Below, piece by piece: positions 1-9,090 of a DNA stretch of 64,000 nucleotides. The DNA lies in contig JBAYIX010000002.1 of the NCBI GenBank assembly GCA_041665385.1, forward strand, positions 50,932 through 114,931. Direction: 5' to 3'. Every line of letters begins with the position of its first letter. The first letter of the stretch is position 1. Both the position numbers and the translations under genes were made by a program. Below the pieces are notes generated by a model that worked only from the letters and a program-made list of their open reading frames with translations, made no database searches and was not told the DNA's origin. Source of the stretch: Minisyncoccota bacterium (lineage in GTDB: Bacteria; Patescibacteriota; Minisyncoccia; Phycocordibacterales; PALSA-1337).

Positions 1-656
1 TAAAAAAGGGTCATCATTATTATTACTGCACAAACGGCAAACAAAAGTGCGAGGAGCATAAAAGCTATATGCGCGAAAACTATCTCTATGAAAAAGTTTC
101 TGAATTATTTGATAGGTTAGACTTCACCAAACGCAAAATCAACCTTATGTATCGAGCAGCGAAGGAGATGGCGGAGAAAAATGATAACTACTCGGAAAAT
201 ATCTTAAATACGCTTAAAAGCCAATTAGGCACACTCAAAACAAAAGAAAATCGTTTACTAGATACTTTCCTCGCAGAACAGATTTCCAAGGATATATATG
301 ATGCCAAAGTCCTTGAAATACACAATGAGCGAGTTTCCCTTAACCAGAAGATACGGGAAACTGAAGCGAATGGTATGAAAGGAGTTTCTACTTTGGAACC
401 AGTGAAAGAGATCTTTTTACAAGGCAGTAGAGCCAAAAAAGAATTTCTCAAAGCAAATGATAGAAAGAAAAGAGAAATTATAGAAAATCTACTTTGGAAC
501 CTTTCATTCAGAGATAAAAATGTGGCCGAGATAAGGTTCAAAAGTACTTTTGAGATACTCGCAAAAACACCTAAAAATGCATCTATAAATACTTTGCTGC
601 GGGACTTGGATTCGAACCAAGATAACAAGCTTCAAAGGCTCGTGTCCTACCATTAG
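1..656 (+). CDS. Large serine recombinase, C-terminal fragment. The ORF is open to the window start; its last ~20 codons are antisense to tRNA-Gln.
   Basis: Frame upstream of the first Met reads YYCTNGKQKCEEHKSY, the zinc-ribbon/recombinase domain signature of large serine recombinases. Coiled-coil-like C-terminus. A+T-rich relative to neighbours. Confidence 0.55.
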   Translation, partial: KKGHHYYYCTNGKQKCEEHKSYMRENYLYEKVSELFDRLDFTKRKINLMYRAAKEMAEKNDNYSENILNTLKSQLGTLKTKENRLLDTFLAEQISKDIYDAKVLEIHNERVSLNQKIRETEANGMKGVSTLEPVKEIFLQGSRAKKEFLKANDRKKREIIENLLWNLSFRDKNVAEIRFKSTFEILAKTPKNASINTLLRDLDSNQDNKLQRLVSYH

Positions 657-667
657 ACGATCCCGCA
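597..667 (-). tRNA. tRNA-Gln (anticodon UUG)
   Basis: Minus-strand reading TGCGGGATCGTCTAATGGTAGGACACGAGCCTTTGAAGCTTGTTATCTTGGTTCGAATCCAAGTCCCGCAG folds as a cloverleaf. It has a U1:A72 pair, a G discriminator, the GTTCGAATC T-loop and anticodon loop CUUUGAA. CCA is not encoded. Confidence 0.85.
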
Positions 668-710
668 ATAATACTGTGATAAAGAACGGACCATTCATGA
701 TCCCGCAATA
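659..710. repeat. 12-bp direct repeat GATCCCGCAATA (659-670 and 699-710) duplicating the 5' end of tRNA-Gln
   Basis: Exact 12-mer repeated 40 bp apart. The first copy is part of the tRNA 5' acceptor/D region. Confidence 0.6.
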
Positions 711-744
711 TCTGTAAGTTACCAAAACAATCTACAACATTTTC

Positions 745-1764
745 CTAACTCTCACAAATACGCACTACCGCTATTTCTAGAGGCAGACTCTCTATCTTCG
801 CGCGCCCTGTAGCATCCGCGGCCTCTAGGAGCACCACGAGCATAGCCGGAGTCACGCGCTTCATCTCCCCCTCCTTTGCCACAAAATCCATATCATCGGG
901 AGACAACCTCTCGCCTACCGCGCGCTTGGACTGGGGGGAGTGCTGGAGAAGGAGTATGAACCTTACCTTCTCGAGTACCAGAGTCACAAAAGTAGACATA
1001 CTCACACCGGACTTCGTTCCTTGCCCTATACTATATAGTGCCCCATCTACATCCTTCCCCAAAAGTGCACTAACAAAGTCATTTACTAGACTCGCCTTGG
1101 GTGAGCCAGTTATAGCCTCCACATCTTCCCTATTTATCTTCTTTTTATTGGATGACCCTATCACTTTCTCGAGCATACCCAGAGCATCACGAAATGAGCC
1201 GTCACCAAGAAGCGCTATGAGGTCTGCCGCGCCCGGGTCTAGCTCATACTTCTCGCTCTTTGCTATGCTCTCTACCTGTTTCCTAACAATATCTCTCGAA
1301 GGCTTTCGGAAAGAGAAAGTCTGACATCTGGATATGATCGTATCTGGAACCTTATCGAGCTCCGTCGTAGCCAAAATAAATATTACATGTTGAGGAGGCT
1401 CTTCGAGGGTTTTGAGGAGAGCATTCCATGCATCCTTCGAGAGCATATGCACCTCATCTATTATGTAGACTTTATAAGGCGAGGAGAATGGCAAAACAGA
1501 GACATGCTCGCGCAAACTCCTTATATCATCTATACCTCGGTTCGATGCCGCATCTATCTCATAAATATCTTCATCCTTTGCTCCTACAGACTTTGCAAAT
1601 ATTCGGGCAAGAGTAGTCTTGCCTATTCCCCTACCTCCAGAAAAGAGATAGGCGTGGGCAATGCGCTTGTTCGCTATACTATCTTTGAGAGGGTCTACTA
1701 TATGCTCCTGCCCCACGACCTCGGACCATTTGGCTGGCCTATATGTGCGATACAAAACTGTCAT
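745..1764 (-). CDS. dnaX: DNA polymerase III subunit gamma/tau (short form)
   Basis: Walker A GGRGIGKTT, DEVHML Walker B/sensor motif and clamp-loader box motifs. 339 aa. Confidence 0.9.
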   Translation of the reverse strand: MTVLYRTYRPAKWSEVVGQEHIVDPLKDSIANKRIAHAYLFSGGRGIGKTTLARIFAKSVGAKDEDIYEIDAASNRGIDDIRSLREHVSVLPFSSPYKVYIIDEVHMLSKDAWNALLKTLEEPPQHVIFILATTELDKVPDTIISRCQTFSFRKPSRDIVRKQVESIAKSEKYELDPGAADLIALLGDGSFRDALGMLEKVIGSSNKKKINREDVEAITGSPKASLVNDFVSALLGKDVDGALYSIGQGTKSGVSMSTFVTLVLEKVRFILLLQHSPQSKRAVGERLSPDDMDFVAKEGEMKRVTPAMLVVLLEAADATGRAKIESLPLEIAVVRICES

Positions 1765-1798
1765 GATGGTTCATTCTAACACAAAAATTTATAGGAAA

Positions 1799-1832
1799 TA
1801 AAAAAAGGCCCAACATCTACAGGATGTGGGCC
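1799..1832 (-). terminator. Intrinsic terminator (minus strand) closing the small RNA upstream of dnaX
   Basis: GGCCCAACATC/GATGTGGGCC stem followed by a U7 run on the minus strand. Confidence 0.55.
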
Positions 1833-1990
1833 CCAAGGGATAACGCAAACCAAACCCTTTACTTTTCAGTGACTCCGGGGAAGAAGTCACTATGGTGCTT
1901 GAACGCAACGTGTAACCCACACACGTCTTCACTACCGGATAGCAGTATACCACATATCGATACAAATATGCAAATAAAAAAGCCCTCATC
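1833..1990 (-). ncRNA. Candidate small RNA (~130-150 nt) with its own promoter and terminator between dus and dnaX
   Basis: Minus strand carries TTGCAT-N18-TATACT at about 1960-1990. There is an internal hairpin AGTGACU..AGUCACU and the transcript ends at the 1799-1832 terminator. No ORF. The position upstream of dnaX recalls ffs synteny, but SRP motifs are not convincingly present. Confidence 0.3.
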
Positions 1991-2004
1991 ATCAGATGGG
2001 GGCT
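1975..2004 (-). terminator. Intrinsic terminator of the dus gene
   Basis: AGCCC..GGGCT hairpin followed by a U-run on the minus strand, about 50 nt after the dus stop. Confidence 0.5.
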
Positions 2005-2055
2005 TCAGACCGATTTCTCGGCCTATAGACCTGCTTTTGTTGTCCCTCTCCTACC

Positions 2056-3027
2056 TTATTTCGGAAAACTCTCTCCTATGATCCGCTTCACATCCCTTGA
2101 GTTCTTGGCCTCCATGAGCTTGACGCGCAACTCTTTTGCATTGTCCCAACCGGAAACATAGGCCTTGAAGTGTTTTTTCATAACGTCGAAGCTTTTCATA
2201 CCTTTGAATGTCTTTTCGAAAAGCTGGGCATGCTCTACCAAGATACTTACCCGCTCTTCCGGTGTCTTCTCTTTCGCCAAGTCGGCGAAAAACCAAGGCG
2301 TGCCGAATATTCCCCTGCCTATCATGATTCCGTCACAACCGTATTGTCTGCATTTTTCCCTGGCTTCAGCTAGGGTCTTCACATCGCCGTTGCCAATAAT
2401 GAGAGTGCCCGGAGATATCTCGTTCCGCAATTTCACAATTTCTGGCATGAGTTCCCAATGAGCCGCCACTTCTGACATCTCTTTCCTCGTGCGCAGATGC
2501 ACTGTGAGTGCAGGTAGACCTTGCATGAGGAGCGTACGTATCCAGTCCATGTCTACCTTGCTATACCCTAGCCTAGTCTTTACTGTGACAGGTATGCCCG
2601 GCGCACCCTCGCGAGCGGCCTTTATGACTTCGATGGCATTCTTGGGATTTCTTATCATCGCCGCGCCACCACCCTGCTTCTCTACCGACCGATCGGGACA
2701 GCCCATGTTTATATCCAATCCATCAAACTTGAGTTTGGCCACAAGCTCAGCCGCTTCCTTCATAGCCTTCGGGTGTCCGGAAAAAAGCTGAGCTACGATG
2801 GGGCGCTCTTTGGGTGAAAATTTCAGATCTATTATGAGCCTCTTCTTCCCGTCCGATACGAGACCGTCGGCGGAGACAAACTCGGTCCAAATGACATCCG
2901 GTTTGCCATACTTTGCGATAATCTTACGAAATACAGCATCGGTAACATTTGCCATAGGGGCGAGTACGAAAAATGGCTTGTTGAGATCTTTCCAGAAATT
3001 CTTGGTCTTTCGTGGTTTTATAGGCAT
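2056..3027 (-). CDS. dusB: tRNA-dihydrouridine synthase
   Basis: TIM-barrel Dus family motifs (LAPMANVTD, GxDINMGCP, FMN-binding region). Confidence 0.85.
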   Translation of the reverse strand: MPIKPRKTKNFWKDLNKPFFVLAPMANVTDAVFRKIIAKYGKPDVIWTEFVSADGLVSDGKKRLIIDLKFSPKERPIVAQLFSGHPKAMKEAAELVAKLKFDGLDINMGCPDRSVEKQGGGAAMIRNPKNAIEVIKAAREGAPGIPVTVKTRLGYSKVDMDWIRTLLMQGLPALTVHLRTRKEMSEVAAHWELMPEIVKLRNEISPGTLIIGNGDVKTLAEAREKCRQYGCDGIMIGRGIFGTPWFFADLAKEKTPEERVSILVEHAQLFEKTFKGMKSFDVMKKHFKAYVSGWDNAKELRVKLMEAKNSRDVKRIIGESFPK

Positions 3028-3079
3028 AAGTATTTAGTCTATGGGTTTTAAGCTTTCGCGCAAGTGTGAGCTGGTGTTA

Positions 3080-3244
3080 GTCCCGACTCACACACTCCCT
3101 TCCCTCGGCTGCGGATTCACTCGTCACATCTCGGCATTTCCACAAACTGTGCCCTGCAAGGATTCGGTCACAGTTTGGGAAATGCATCGAGATCTGACTT
3201 CGTGAAGAGTCCTCGCCTTCGGGAAGTGAGTGTGTGAGTCGGGA
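3080..3244. repeat. Compound long hairpin element G1 (~165 nt): near-perfect 25-bp outer inverted repeat GTCCCGACTCACACACTC..GAGTGTGTGAGTCGGGAC with nested inner hairpins
   Basis: Outer arms are at 3080-3104 and 3220-3244 with 1 mismatch. Inner hairpin GCATTTCCACAAACTGTG/CACAGTTTGGGAAATGC. Confidence 0.7.
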
Positions 3245-3392
3245 CCCCACCTTCTTCTTTTTGCGTCCCGAGGACTGTCTGAGAGAGTATAAATTTCTGG
3301 ACAAAATGGGAACCATTGCATGACCTCGTGACCATTTTGTCCTGAAATTTAACGAGCGAGTTCCGCAGGGACGCAAAAAGAAGAAGGTGGGG
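3245..3392. repeat. Compound long hairpin element G2 (~148 nt), in tandem with G1
   Basis: Perfect 25-bp inverted repeat CCCCACCTTCTTCTTTTTGCGTCCC (3245-3269) / GGGACGCAAAAAGAAGAAGGTGGGG (3368-3392). Inner hairpin GGACAAAATGG..CCATTTTGTCC. Confidence 0.7.
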
Positions 3393-3402
3393 TCCCGTAG
3401 CA

Positions 3403-4371
3403 CTACTTCACTCGCGATAAAAGCTTGACCACATCCGAATCCCTAGAATCACTTCCCAGTAGCACCACCGCATACATTTCCCTCTCCTCCCCAAAAGTAA
3501 ATATTGCCGCACTCGTGAGTTTTGCCTCCGGAATATAACCATTCTTGCCACCATAATAGTTCGACCAGTTCAGGAAGTGTGAAGGATTGACCCAGGTATG
3601 CGTACGCACAGTCTTTGTCTTCATATCTGTTATCTCCAATATTTCCGGATCATTCTTGCGTATCCAGTCCAGAATAATGGCGAGATCAGTCGCGGTCGAA
3701 CGATTGTCAGCGGAGAGACCAGACGGATCCCGAAAATATGTACGGTATGCACCTATCGTCTGAGCAAAATTATTCATGGCTTCTATGAAAGCCTTGCGGC
3801 CATAGTTGTGCGCAAAGGCTTCGGCGGCATCATTCGAGGAGACCATGAGGAGCGGGTAGAACATGTCTTTGGCCAGGAAAACCTCGCCTGCACGGAACTG
3901 GGCCGTATTGCCATAGGTATCGATGATGCTTTTAGAAAGGACGATGTGCTCATCGGGATCGATGAGCTTCCTCGCTACTATCGCAGTCACAAGCTTGGTC
4001 AAGGAAGCGACGGGCATGAGAGTGTCAGCATTGTTTGCGGCTATGACCTCGTCAGTGTCGAGGTTGCGGATGATATAGCCATTTGCAGTGATGTCATTTT
4101 CTAGAGACTGGGGGATATTGAGTGTGGCGGTATTTATGAGATCCTCTTCCTGACTCGCAGTATAGCGGATGAGACGACGGAAGCCCTCGAGACTGGTGCC
4201 TTCTATGGGCTGTTCGATGAGAGAAGCTATGGCATTTGCTGTCATATCGAGATCGATCCTAGAAATGACTGGCAATACATCATCATGAATCCAAACCAAA
4301 CCAAAATATATGCCAAAAAGGGCGATGATCATACCCAGGCCACCGTAAAGCACACTGAAAAATTGTCTCAT
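3403..4371 (-). CDS. D-alanyl-D-alanine carboxypeptidase (serine-type, PBP5/DacA family)
   Basis: N-terminal TM segment, SxxK (ASLTK) and SxN (SSND) motifs, class A/C low-MW PBP architecture. Confidence 0.75.
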   Translation of the reverse strand: MRQFFSVLYGGLGMIIALFGIYFGLVWIHDDVLPVISRIDLDMTANAIASLIEQPIEGTSLEGFRRLIRYTASQEEDLINTATLNIPQSLENDITANGYIIRNLDTDEVIAANNADTLMPVASLTKLVTAIVARKLIDPDEHIVLSKSIIDTYGNTAQFRAGEVFLAKDMFYPLLMVSSNDAAEAFAHNYGRKAFIEAMNNFAQTIGAYRTYFRDPSGLSADNRSTATDLAIILDWIRKNDPEILEITDMKTKTVRTHTWVNPSHFLNWSNYYGGKNGYIPEAKLTSAAIFTFGEEREMYAVVLLGSDSRDSDVVKLLSRVK

Positions 4372-4406
4372 CGTTACATATTATCACACGGCGGGAGACG
4401 CAATAG

Positions 4407-5360
4407 CTATTTTACCAGGCGATAAAAAACATTCGAGCCGAAACGAAGGTCGATCGTTTCAAAATTCAAATATTCATTTTTGGTACGAGCATCCGTGAGC
4501 ATGTGCGACCAGAAGGAAACGAAGTTGCTGATCTGGTTTTCGAAACCATTTACTTCATTGAAATAAACAACGATTGTTTCGACGGGTGTCGAAGTGCCTA
4601 CGACGGACTTGTCTTTGCCCGGATTTTCTATGAAGAGTTCGTATTCTCCCCCACCTTTCACGAGTATACCCAGTGGGTTCACACGAGAGAGACGCATAGA
4701 TTCATAAAATCCCTGCAGAGCTCGGAATGTACTCGAAGCAAATGCTTCCCTGCCGATGGCGTCGTTTTGCGGAGCGTCATTCTCTATGTCGAGGAGGTAG
4801 TAGCTGTTGTACATATTTACTGGAAAGACGCCAGCCTTCATATATATGACACCACTCGCATCGGTAAAAAAGCAGTTTTCCGATTGGCCGCCTGTTTCAG
4901 CATTTTCAGCAATACTGAAATTCGGCAATCCCGCACAGACCAGAGCAGCGGGAGACTTTTCGTGAACCTGTATGTCGAGACTGCCGAGACCGGACCGTCG
5001 TATGCTGAGTGATTCTATTCTAGGTGATGTCTCTTTTATAGCTTCGCTAATATCCGCCTTGGAAATAAGTAGAAAGTTCGACTTGGAAAACAGGCCGAGA
5101 TAGTCGCCCTCAAGTGCACGGAGAGCAGCCGCCTCGAGTGCAGGAAGAATGTCCGGGTCTGCGCCGGAAATACTGACATGCCCGATATTGACCCGATCGA
5201 GGTACGTAAAGCTGGAAATAGCATAGGTCCACGAACCAGCGGAAATGAGGACGAGAACTAAGGCAAAAAAGTTTCTCCGGCGTTTGTTTTCCGCAAACTT
5301 TGACGACTGACGCGCCAATGTTGTGATATGCACATTATGAACATCAAATCTTTTTTTCAT
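4407..5360 (-). CDS. ftsQ: FtsQ/DivIB-type cell division protein (POTRA domain)
   Basis: Basic N-terminus, one TM segment, then a POTRA-like region (IESLSIRRSGLGSLDIQVHEKSPAALV). Confidence 0.5.
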   Translation of the reverse strand: MKKRFDVHNVHITTLARQSSKFAENKRRRNFFALVLVLISAGSWTYAISSFTYLDRVNIGHVSISGADPDILPALEAAALRALEGDYLGLFSKSNFLLISKADISEAIKETSPRIESLSIRRSGLGSLDIQVHEKSPAALVCAGLPNFSIAENAETGGQSENCFFTDASGVIYMKAGVFPVNMYNSYYLLDIENDAPQNDAIGREAFASSTFRALQGFYESMRLSRVNPLGILVKGGGEYELFIENPGKDKSVVGTSTPVETIVVYFNEVNGFENQISNFVSFWSHMLTDARTKNEYLNFETIDLRFGSNVFYRLVK

Positions 5361-5385
5361 TCATATGCCGCACTGGCGGCAGGAT

Positions 5386-6648
5386 TTATTTTATAACATC
5401 CTTGCCCATGTACTTTGTGAGGACTTCGGGGATCTTGATACTGCCGTCGGGTTGCTGGAAATTTTCGATGAGAGAGACGAGGATACGAGGTGTAGGAATA
5501 GCTGTAGCGTTCAATGAATGAGCGTAGCGCATCACACCCTCGGCATCACGATAGCGGATATTGAGACGTCTGCATTGAAAATCATGGAAATACGATGCGG
5601 AACCGATCTCCCTGTATTTACCTTCCTTGGGAACCCAAAGTTCGATATCATACTTCTTTACTTGGCCGAGACCTAGGTCTGCGCCACAATTCACAACTGT
5701 GTGATACGGTATTCCGAGCGCTTCTATGAACTCTTCGGTATTCCTATTCACCTCCTCGTGATACTTTACGGACGCTTCGTGATTCGCTTCACAGAGTATC
5801 ACTTGCTCAAACTTATAAAATTCATTGACCCGTATGAGACCGTGAACGTCCTTACCATGGGCGCCCGCTTCCCTGCGAAAACACGGGGAAAATCCCAAAT
5901 ATTTCTTTGGAAGCTCGGCCGACGATAGAACTTCGTCACCATGAAGCCCCATTATGGGAACTTCGGCTGTACCTACTAGGTAATCTCCGTCTTGAGTTTT
6001 GTAAAGATCCTCTTCACCTTGAGGCAAGTAACCTGAGCCGTAGAGATTTATAGCCCGAACTATGACGGGAGGAATGATAGGCACAAAGCCTTTCTTTTGG
6101 AAGAATTCCAAGGCAAAATTCCAAATAGCAAAACACAGATTCACCGCATCACCGGTAAGAAAATATCCGCGAAAGCCATGGATCTTGGCTCCGCGCTCTA
6201 GATCGAGCATGCCGAGCTTGGTCATGATCTCGATATGGTTTTTGGGTTCAAATGGAAAACTGGTCTTTTCTCCCCAGACTTTGACTTCGAGATTGTCAGC
6301 ATCAGAATTACCATCAGGTACGGACATATCTGGAATATTTGGCACTGCGAGCATGAGAGCTTGCCACTCTTTCATTGTTCCCTTGAGTTCCTCCTCGTCT
6401 TTTTCCATTTCGCCCTTTACTATTTTCATTTCCCCTATGAGTTTTGTTCTTTCTTCTGGATCTTTTGCTCCACTGATCTTTTCGCTGGCTATGTTTTGTG
6501 CCGCGCGTTTCTTTTCCACAGCGAGCAAGAGTAATTTGCGCTTGTCATCTGATACTAGGAGCTGGTCTACGTCAAATTTTAGATGTTTTTTCTTTGCGGC
6601 TGACGCGATGAGATCCTTGTTTTCTCTGATGAATTTTATGTCTAACAT
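5386..6648 (-). CDS. serS: Seryl-tRNA synthetase
   Basis: N-terminal coiled coil and class II core motifs (FRRE, GLGQ..). Confidence 0.9.
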   Translation of the reverse strand: MLDIKFIRENKDLIASAAKKKHLKFDVDQLLVSDDKRKLLLLAVEKKRAAQNIASEKISGAKDPEERTKLIGEMKIVKGEMEKDEEELKGTMKEWQALMLAVPNIPDMSVPDGNSDADNLEVKVWGEKTSFPFEPKNHIEIMTKLGMLDLERGAKIHGFRGYFLTGDAVNLCFAIWNFALEFFQKKGFVPIIPPVIVRAINLYGSGYLPQGEEDLYKTQDGDYLVGTAEVPIMGLHGDEVLSSAELPKKYLGFSPCFRREAGAHGKDVHGLIRVNEFYKFEQVILCEANHEASVKYHEEVNRNTEEFIEALGIPYHTVVNCGADLGLGQVKKYDIELWVPKEGKYREIGSASYFHDFQCRRLNIRYRDAEGVMRYAHSLNATAIPTPRILVSLIENFQQPDGSIKIPEVLTKYMGKDVIK

Positions 6649-6702
6649 GTGGCTATTTTAGCACAATTATTTTGATTTGCATTACTATGGTAAAATTGTG
6701 AC

Positions 6703-6810
6703 CGTCCCGCCTGCATCCTGCCTTTTCGCAAGATTTGAAATAGTTGTGCAGGGTCCGAGTATTGTAAATACTTCACAAATCTTGCGAAAAGGCAGGATGC
6801 AGGCGGGACG
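6703..6810. repeat. Giant-hairpin element A: perfect 35-bp inverted repeat around a 38-nt conserved loop core
   Basis: Arms are 6703-6737 and 6776-6810, exact reverse complements. Loop AAATAGTTGTGCAGGGTCCGAGTATTGTAAATACTTCA is identical to the element B loop. Confidence 0.85.
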
Positions 6811-6816
6811 AATAAC

Positions 6817-7698
6817 ATGAAGTTAACAACAAAAAGAATATCCATAGAAGACTATCCGATATTGCTCAACGAAATATCGAGCCCTCCCCCACACATGGAC
6901 TTTGCTGGCAGATTTCCAGATAAAAAAGACAAATATCTCTGTGTAGTAGGATCTCGTCACAACAGCGTATACGGTGAAGATGTCACAAGGAAGCTAATAG
7001 CGGGCCTCAAAGGCTATCCCATAACTATAGTCTCTGGTCTTGCTGTCGGTATTGACTCCATCGCTCACGAGGCCGCTCTGGAGAATGGACTGAATACGAT
7101 ATGCTTTCCCGGGTCTGGTTTGTCTCTATCTGTACTCTACCCAGCTGTAAAGCGCGATCTAGCGCTCCGCATCGTGGAGAGTGGTGGCGCGTTGTACTCA
7201 CAGTTCGGCATGAACCAGCTCGGAGACAAATGGACATTTCCGAATAGGAACCGCACCATGGCCGGTGCATCTCATGCGACTCTCATCATCGAAGCGGCAG
7301 AGAAGTCCGGCAGTCTCATCACGACCAGTCATGCCCGAGAATTTGGCCGGGAAGTATTCGCCGTACCAGGATCCATCATATCCGACTTGTCTTATGGACC
7401 ACACAGTCTTATTCGTGACGGCGCGACACCTGTATATTCTGCTGAGGATATCTTGCAGGGATTGGGATTCCAGGTCATACGGACAGATGGAATGATTTCC
7501 GCCTTGCCAAATTATTCTGAGATGAAGCTGGAACCAGATCAGAGAACTATCATAGATCATCTTCGCATCGAGAAGCTTTCATCTACAGGACTTATAGACA
7601 AGACGGGCTTTACAGCGACAAAACTCAATCTGGTGATTTCTGAACTCGAGCTATTGGGATTGGTAAAGGATGCAAATGGAATATATAGACTAATGTAG
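6817..7698 (+). CDS. dprA: DNA-processing protein DprA (Smf)
   Basis: Rossmann-like DprA core (GIDSIAHEAAL, GSGLS, TxxxAxE) and a C-terminal winged helix. Confidence 0.85.
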   Translation: MKLTTKRISIEDYPILLNEISSPPPHMDFAGRFPDKKDKYLCVVGSRHNSVYGEDVTRKLIAGLKGYPITIVSGLAVGIDSIAHEAALENGLNTICFPGSGLSLSVLYPAVKRDLALRIVESGGALYSQFGMNQLGDKWTFPNRNRTMAGASHATLIIEAAEKSGSLITTSHAREFGREVFAVPGSIISDLSYGPHSLIRDGATPVYSAEDILQGLGFQVIRTDGMISALPNYSEMKLEPDQRTIIDHLRIEKLSSTGLIDKTGFTATKLNLVISELELLGLVKDANGIYRLM

Positions 7699-7817
7699 GT
7701 AAAAGCGGACATGCAATGTGCTCTTTTTGCATGATTTGAAATAGTTGTGCAGGGTCCGAGTATTGTAAATACTTCACAAATCATGCAAAAAGAGCACATT
7801 GCATGCCCGCTTTTACC
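7698..7817. repeat. Giant-hairpin element B: 41-bp inverted repeat (1 mismatch) around the same core as A. It fills the whole convergent intergenic gap.
   Basis: Arms are 7698-7738 and 7777-7817. The loop is 100% identical to A. The arms overlap the dprA stop (7696-7698) and the desulfurase stop (7813-7815). Confidence 0.85.
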
Positions 7818-9036
7818 GGATGCGTCCAAGTAATTCTTTTATTATTTTCAATGCTTTCATCACCTCCCTCTCAGTACTCCACCGCCCAAAAGAAAACCGC
7901 ACAGAATTTTTGCTGTTCGCACCGATGGTTTTGAGCACGTAGGATTCATCTTCGTCACGCAGACAGGAGCTCTTGGTAGAAGCCGCAATACCGTGTGCAT
8001 CTAATTCCATTACGAAGAATTCACTCTCTATGCCGGGAATGGAAACATTTAGGATGTGGGGGGACACCGCACCATCGAAATTTGTGTCACGCTCATCACC
8101 CTTGGCACGTTCCCCATTTACCTTTATGTCCTTATTTATCCGAAGTAATTCATTCATAAAAAGTTTCTTGAGCGAGATGAGCCGGACTGACTCTGCTTCG
8201 CGTGTCTGGCTCACGATATTCACAGCCTCGGCAAACCCCATCACGCCTGGAAGATTTTCTGTACCCGAACGCAAACCCTTTTCCTGGCCTCCGCCATACA
8301 TGACAGGAGAAATAGGCAATGAACGCTTCTTGTAAAGTGCACCTATTCCTCTCGGACCAAAGACCTTACTACTGTCGAGAGTGAGCATATCCACACCGAG
8401 TTTTTCTACATTCAAGTCCTGATAGAGTCCCTGCGCGGCATCGGTATGCAAGAGCGGATATTTCACATCCTGATAGGCGAAAGCCGAGGTTTCGGCGTAC
8501 TTTTCCCTAGCTTGGCGGACCATCTTCGCTATCTCACGTATGGGTTCGACAGTACCGATCTCATTGTTCACAGTCATGACAGAGATGAGTACAGTGTCGG
8601 GACGGATCTGTTTTTTGAGACTATCGAAATCGACTGCGCCATCGCTATTTACTCGGATCACCTCTACCCGAACACCCTTTTCGCTGAGGTGGTTCGCACA
8701 TTCGCGGACGGACGAATGTTCTATGGCACTTATGAGCACATGCATGGAGTCATATTCGAGACCAGTATTGCGCAAGCGTTCGATCGAGCCTAATAGCGCA
8801 AGATTGTTACTCTCGGTACCACCAGAAGTGAAAGTGATGTCATCTGGATGAGCATGGAGATATTCCGCAACTGTTTTTCGTGCTGTCACGAGAGCTTCCT
8901 TTGCTAGGACGCCTTCGCTATACCAGGAAGAAGGGTTGGCATACATAGGGTCGGAATACTGCTTCATGGTGCGGAGAACACCCTCATCTATGGGAGTGAG
9001 CGAGGCATAGTCGAGATAGATGCGCTTTTTGAACAT
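7813..9036 (-). CDS. Cysteine desulfurase (NifS/IscS class V aminotransferase)
   Basis: PLP-lysine region and SGGTESNN motif. Start placed at the internal Met MFKKRIYLDYASLTP (ATG at 9036) rather than the upstream extension to 9234. Confidence 0.8.
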   Translation of the reverse strand: MFKKRIYLDYASLTPIDEGVLRTMKQYSDPMYANPSSWYSEGVLAKEALVTARKTVAEYLHAHPDDITFTSGGTESNNLALLGSIERLRNTGLEYDSMHVLISAIEHSSVRECANHLSEKGVRVEVIRVNSDGAVDFDSLKKQIRPDTVLISVMTVNNEIGTVEPIREIAKMVRQAREKYAETSAFAYQDVKYPLLHTDAAQGLYQDLNVEKLGVDMLTLDSSKVFGPRGIGALYKKRSLPISPVMYGGGQEKGLRSGTENLPGVMGFAEAVNIVSQTREAESVRLISLKKLFMNELLRINKDIKVNGERAKGDERDTNFDGAVSPHILNVSIPGIESEFFVMELDAHGIAASTKSSCLRDEDESYVLKTIGANSKNSVRFSFGRWSTEREVMKALKIIKELLGRIR

Positions 9037-9090
9037 GACATGAGTGTACAATATTTTGCCTTTTCTGGTAAGACATACGATAATGGTGCA

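Noticed and set aside
188-1324. Antisense ORFs inside the recombinase and dnaX genes (188-628 -, 504-725 -, 926-1324 +)
   Set aside because: They overlap strongly supported genes on the opposite strand and have no domains.
1833-1990. Identification of the dus/dnaX small RNA as SRP RNA (ffs)
   Set aside because: Synteny with dnaX is suggestive. However, the domain IV consensus (GGAA tetraloop flanked by GGUCC/GGAAGCAGCC) could not be matched on either strand, and the sequence does not fold as one long hairpin. Kept only as an unnamed small RNA candidate.
6738-6775. Conserved hairpin loop cores as self-cleaving ribozymes (hammerhead, twister, pistol)
   Set aside because: No CUGAUGA..GAAA hammerhead core or twister-like conserved blocks could be found. 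The only shared block is AGTTGTGCAGGGTC.
6738-6775. Loop core TTGTGC-N15-TAAATA read as an outward promoter
   Set aside because: The spacer is too short (15 nt), and copies occur between convergent genes where no promoter is needed. The conserved part is the 5' block, not the -10-like segment.
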